A DNA stretch of 64,000 nucleotides from an uncultured Gaiellaceae bacterium (GTDB lineage Bacteria > Actinomycetota > Thermoleophilia > Gaiellales > Gaiellaceae). The notes under the pieces were generated by a model, which made no database searches, had not been told where the DNA came from, and saw only the letters and a program-made list of their open reading frames with translations. This document shows, one piece after another, positions 63,399 to 64,000 of this stretch. Both the position numbers and the translations under genes were made by a program. The stretch covers positions 69,854 to 133,853 of the forward strand of contig CAVVMR010000002.1 in NCBI GenBank assembly GCA_963749515.1, written 5' to 3'. Numbering within the stretch: position 1 is the first letter of the stretch; each line of letters opens with the position of its first letter.

Positions 63399-64000
63399 AT
63401 GCCGCGCGCCGACGCCGAGATCGCAATCGTGGGCGCAGGGGTGATGGGCCTCGCCACGGCCTGGGCGCTCGCCCGGGCCGGACGCAGCGTCGTGGTCTGC
63501 GAGCAGTTCGAGGTCGGCCACGTCAACGGCTCGAGTCATGGCGGGTCACGCATCATTCGCCTTTCCTATCCCGAGGAACGCTGGGTGCGGCTGGCGCAGG
63601 AGGCGTATCCGCTCTGGCAAGAGCTCGAGGCCGGATGGGGACGCGCGCTGATCGACCAACCCGGCACGATCGATCTCGGAGACTGGCGGGGACACCGGGA
63701 CGCACTGGCCGCGTGCGGCGCGCCGTTCGAGGTGCTGGACCGAGCCGAGACCGGGCGTCGCTTCCCGATCAACCTGGACAGCGGCGAGACGGGGCTCTTC
63801 CAGCCTGACGGAGGGATCGTGTTCGCCGACCTCGCGCTGCAGGCGCTGGCCGGCGCAGCGACCGCCGCGGGCGCAGACGTGCGCGAGCGAACGCGGGTCG
63901 AGTCGATCGAGGACGAGGGTGAGACGGTCTCGCTCGACGGGTTGCAGGCGAAGGCCGTCGTCGTGACCGCCGGTGCATGGGCGCCGGGGCTCGTGGGCGT
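63399..64000 (+). CDS. FAD-dependent oxidoreductase, monomeric sarcosine oxidase/N-methyltryptophan oxidase (SolA)-like (5' part; runs off right edge)
   Basis: Not in the ORF track because it has no stop. Manual translation from ATG 63399: MPRADAEIAIVGAGVMGLATAWALARAGRSVVVCEQFEVGHVNGSSHGGSRIIRLSYPEERWVRLAQEAYPLW... The FAD fingerprint GxGxxG and the SHG..R..R pattern fit the DAO/MSOX family. Confidence 0.7.
   Translation, partial: MPRADAEIAIVGAGVMGLATAWALARAGRSVVVCEQFEVGHVNGSSHGGSRIIRLSYPEERWVRLAQEAYPLWQELEAGWGRALIDQPGTIDLGDWRGHRDALAACGAPFEVLDRAETGRRFPINLDSGETGLFQPDGGIVFADLALQALAGAATAAGADVRERTRVESIEDEGETVSLDGLQAKAVVVTAGAWAPGLVG

Overview
This is a very GC-rich (judged by eye, not computed) bacterial chromosomal segment. 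Gene content and protein style suggest a high-GC Gram-positive organism (Actinomycetota, possibly Thermoleophilia-like; unverified). I recognise about 58 densely packed protein genes, many with 1-4 nt stop/start overlaps. I found no rRNA, tRNA, CRISPR array, transposase or integrase.

Left 17 kb: a complete protocatechuate/4-hydroxybenzoate beta-ketoadipate pathway (pcaIJ, pcaHG, pcaB, pcaD, pcaC, pcaF, pobA). It also carries an aromatic aldehyde dehydrogenase, a benzoylformate-decarboxylase-like ThDP enzyme and an embedded MetE-like Zn-alkyltransferase with no canonical start codon. An opposing NitT/TauT-type ABC importer splits the cluster.

Next come an orphan secreted poly-Pro protein, zur-znuACB, an M28 aminopeptidase, a QueA-like/SDR/small-protein operon and a GAF-kinase two-component system.

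Centre (28-42 kb), the most unusual part: a LacI-type regulator whose 29-nt operator-containing element occurs twice. One copy precedes a secreted esterase/7-bladed beta-propeller gene. The other lies between an MsiK-like ATPase gene and an 11-gene operon. That operon encodes lacI, two sugar permeases, a binding protein, two ADP-ribosylglycohydrolase-family proteins, a TIM-barrel-like/FGE-sulfatase-domain fusion, a family III CoA-transferase and a CitE-like lyase. I cannot assign this combination to a known pathway.

Right side: PAS kinase plus STAS protein, a LiaRS-like two-component system with a MacB/FtsX ABC exporter, glpK, a cupin gene, lon-hxlR, and a c-di-GMP signalling neighbourhood. 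That neighbourhood holds a CHASE-PAS-GAF-degenerate GGDEF-HD-GYP protein, a REC-HD-GYP protein and a hybrid kinase, interrupted by a beta-lactamase-like gene and dinB.

All functional calls come from motif and pattern recognition without database searches, and start codons are best guesses.
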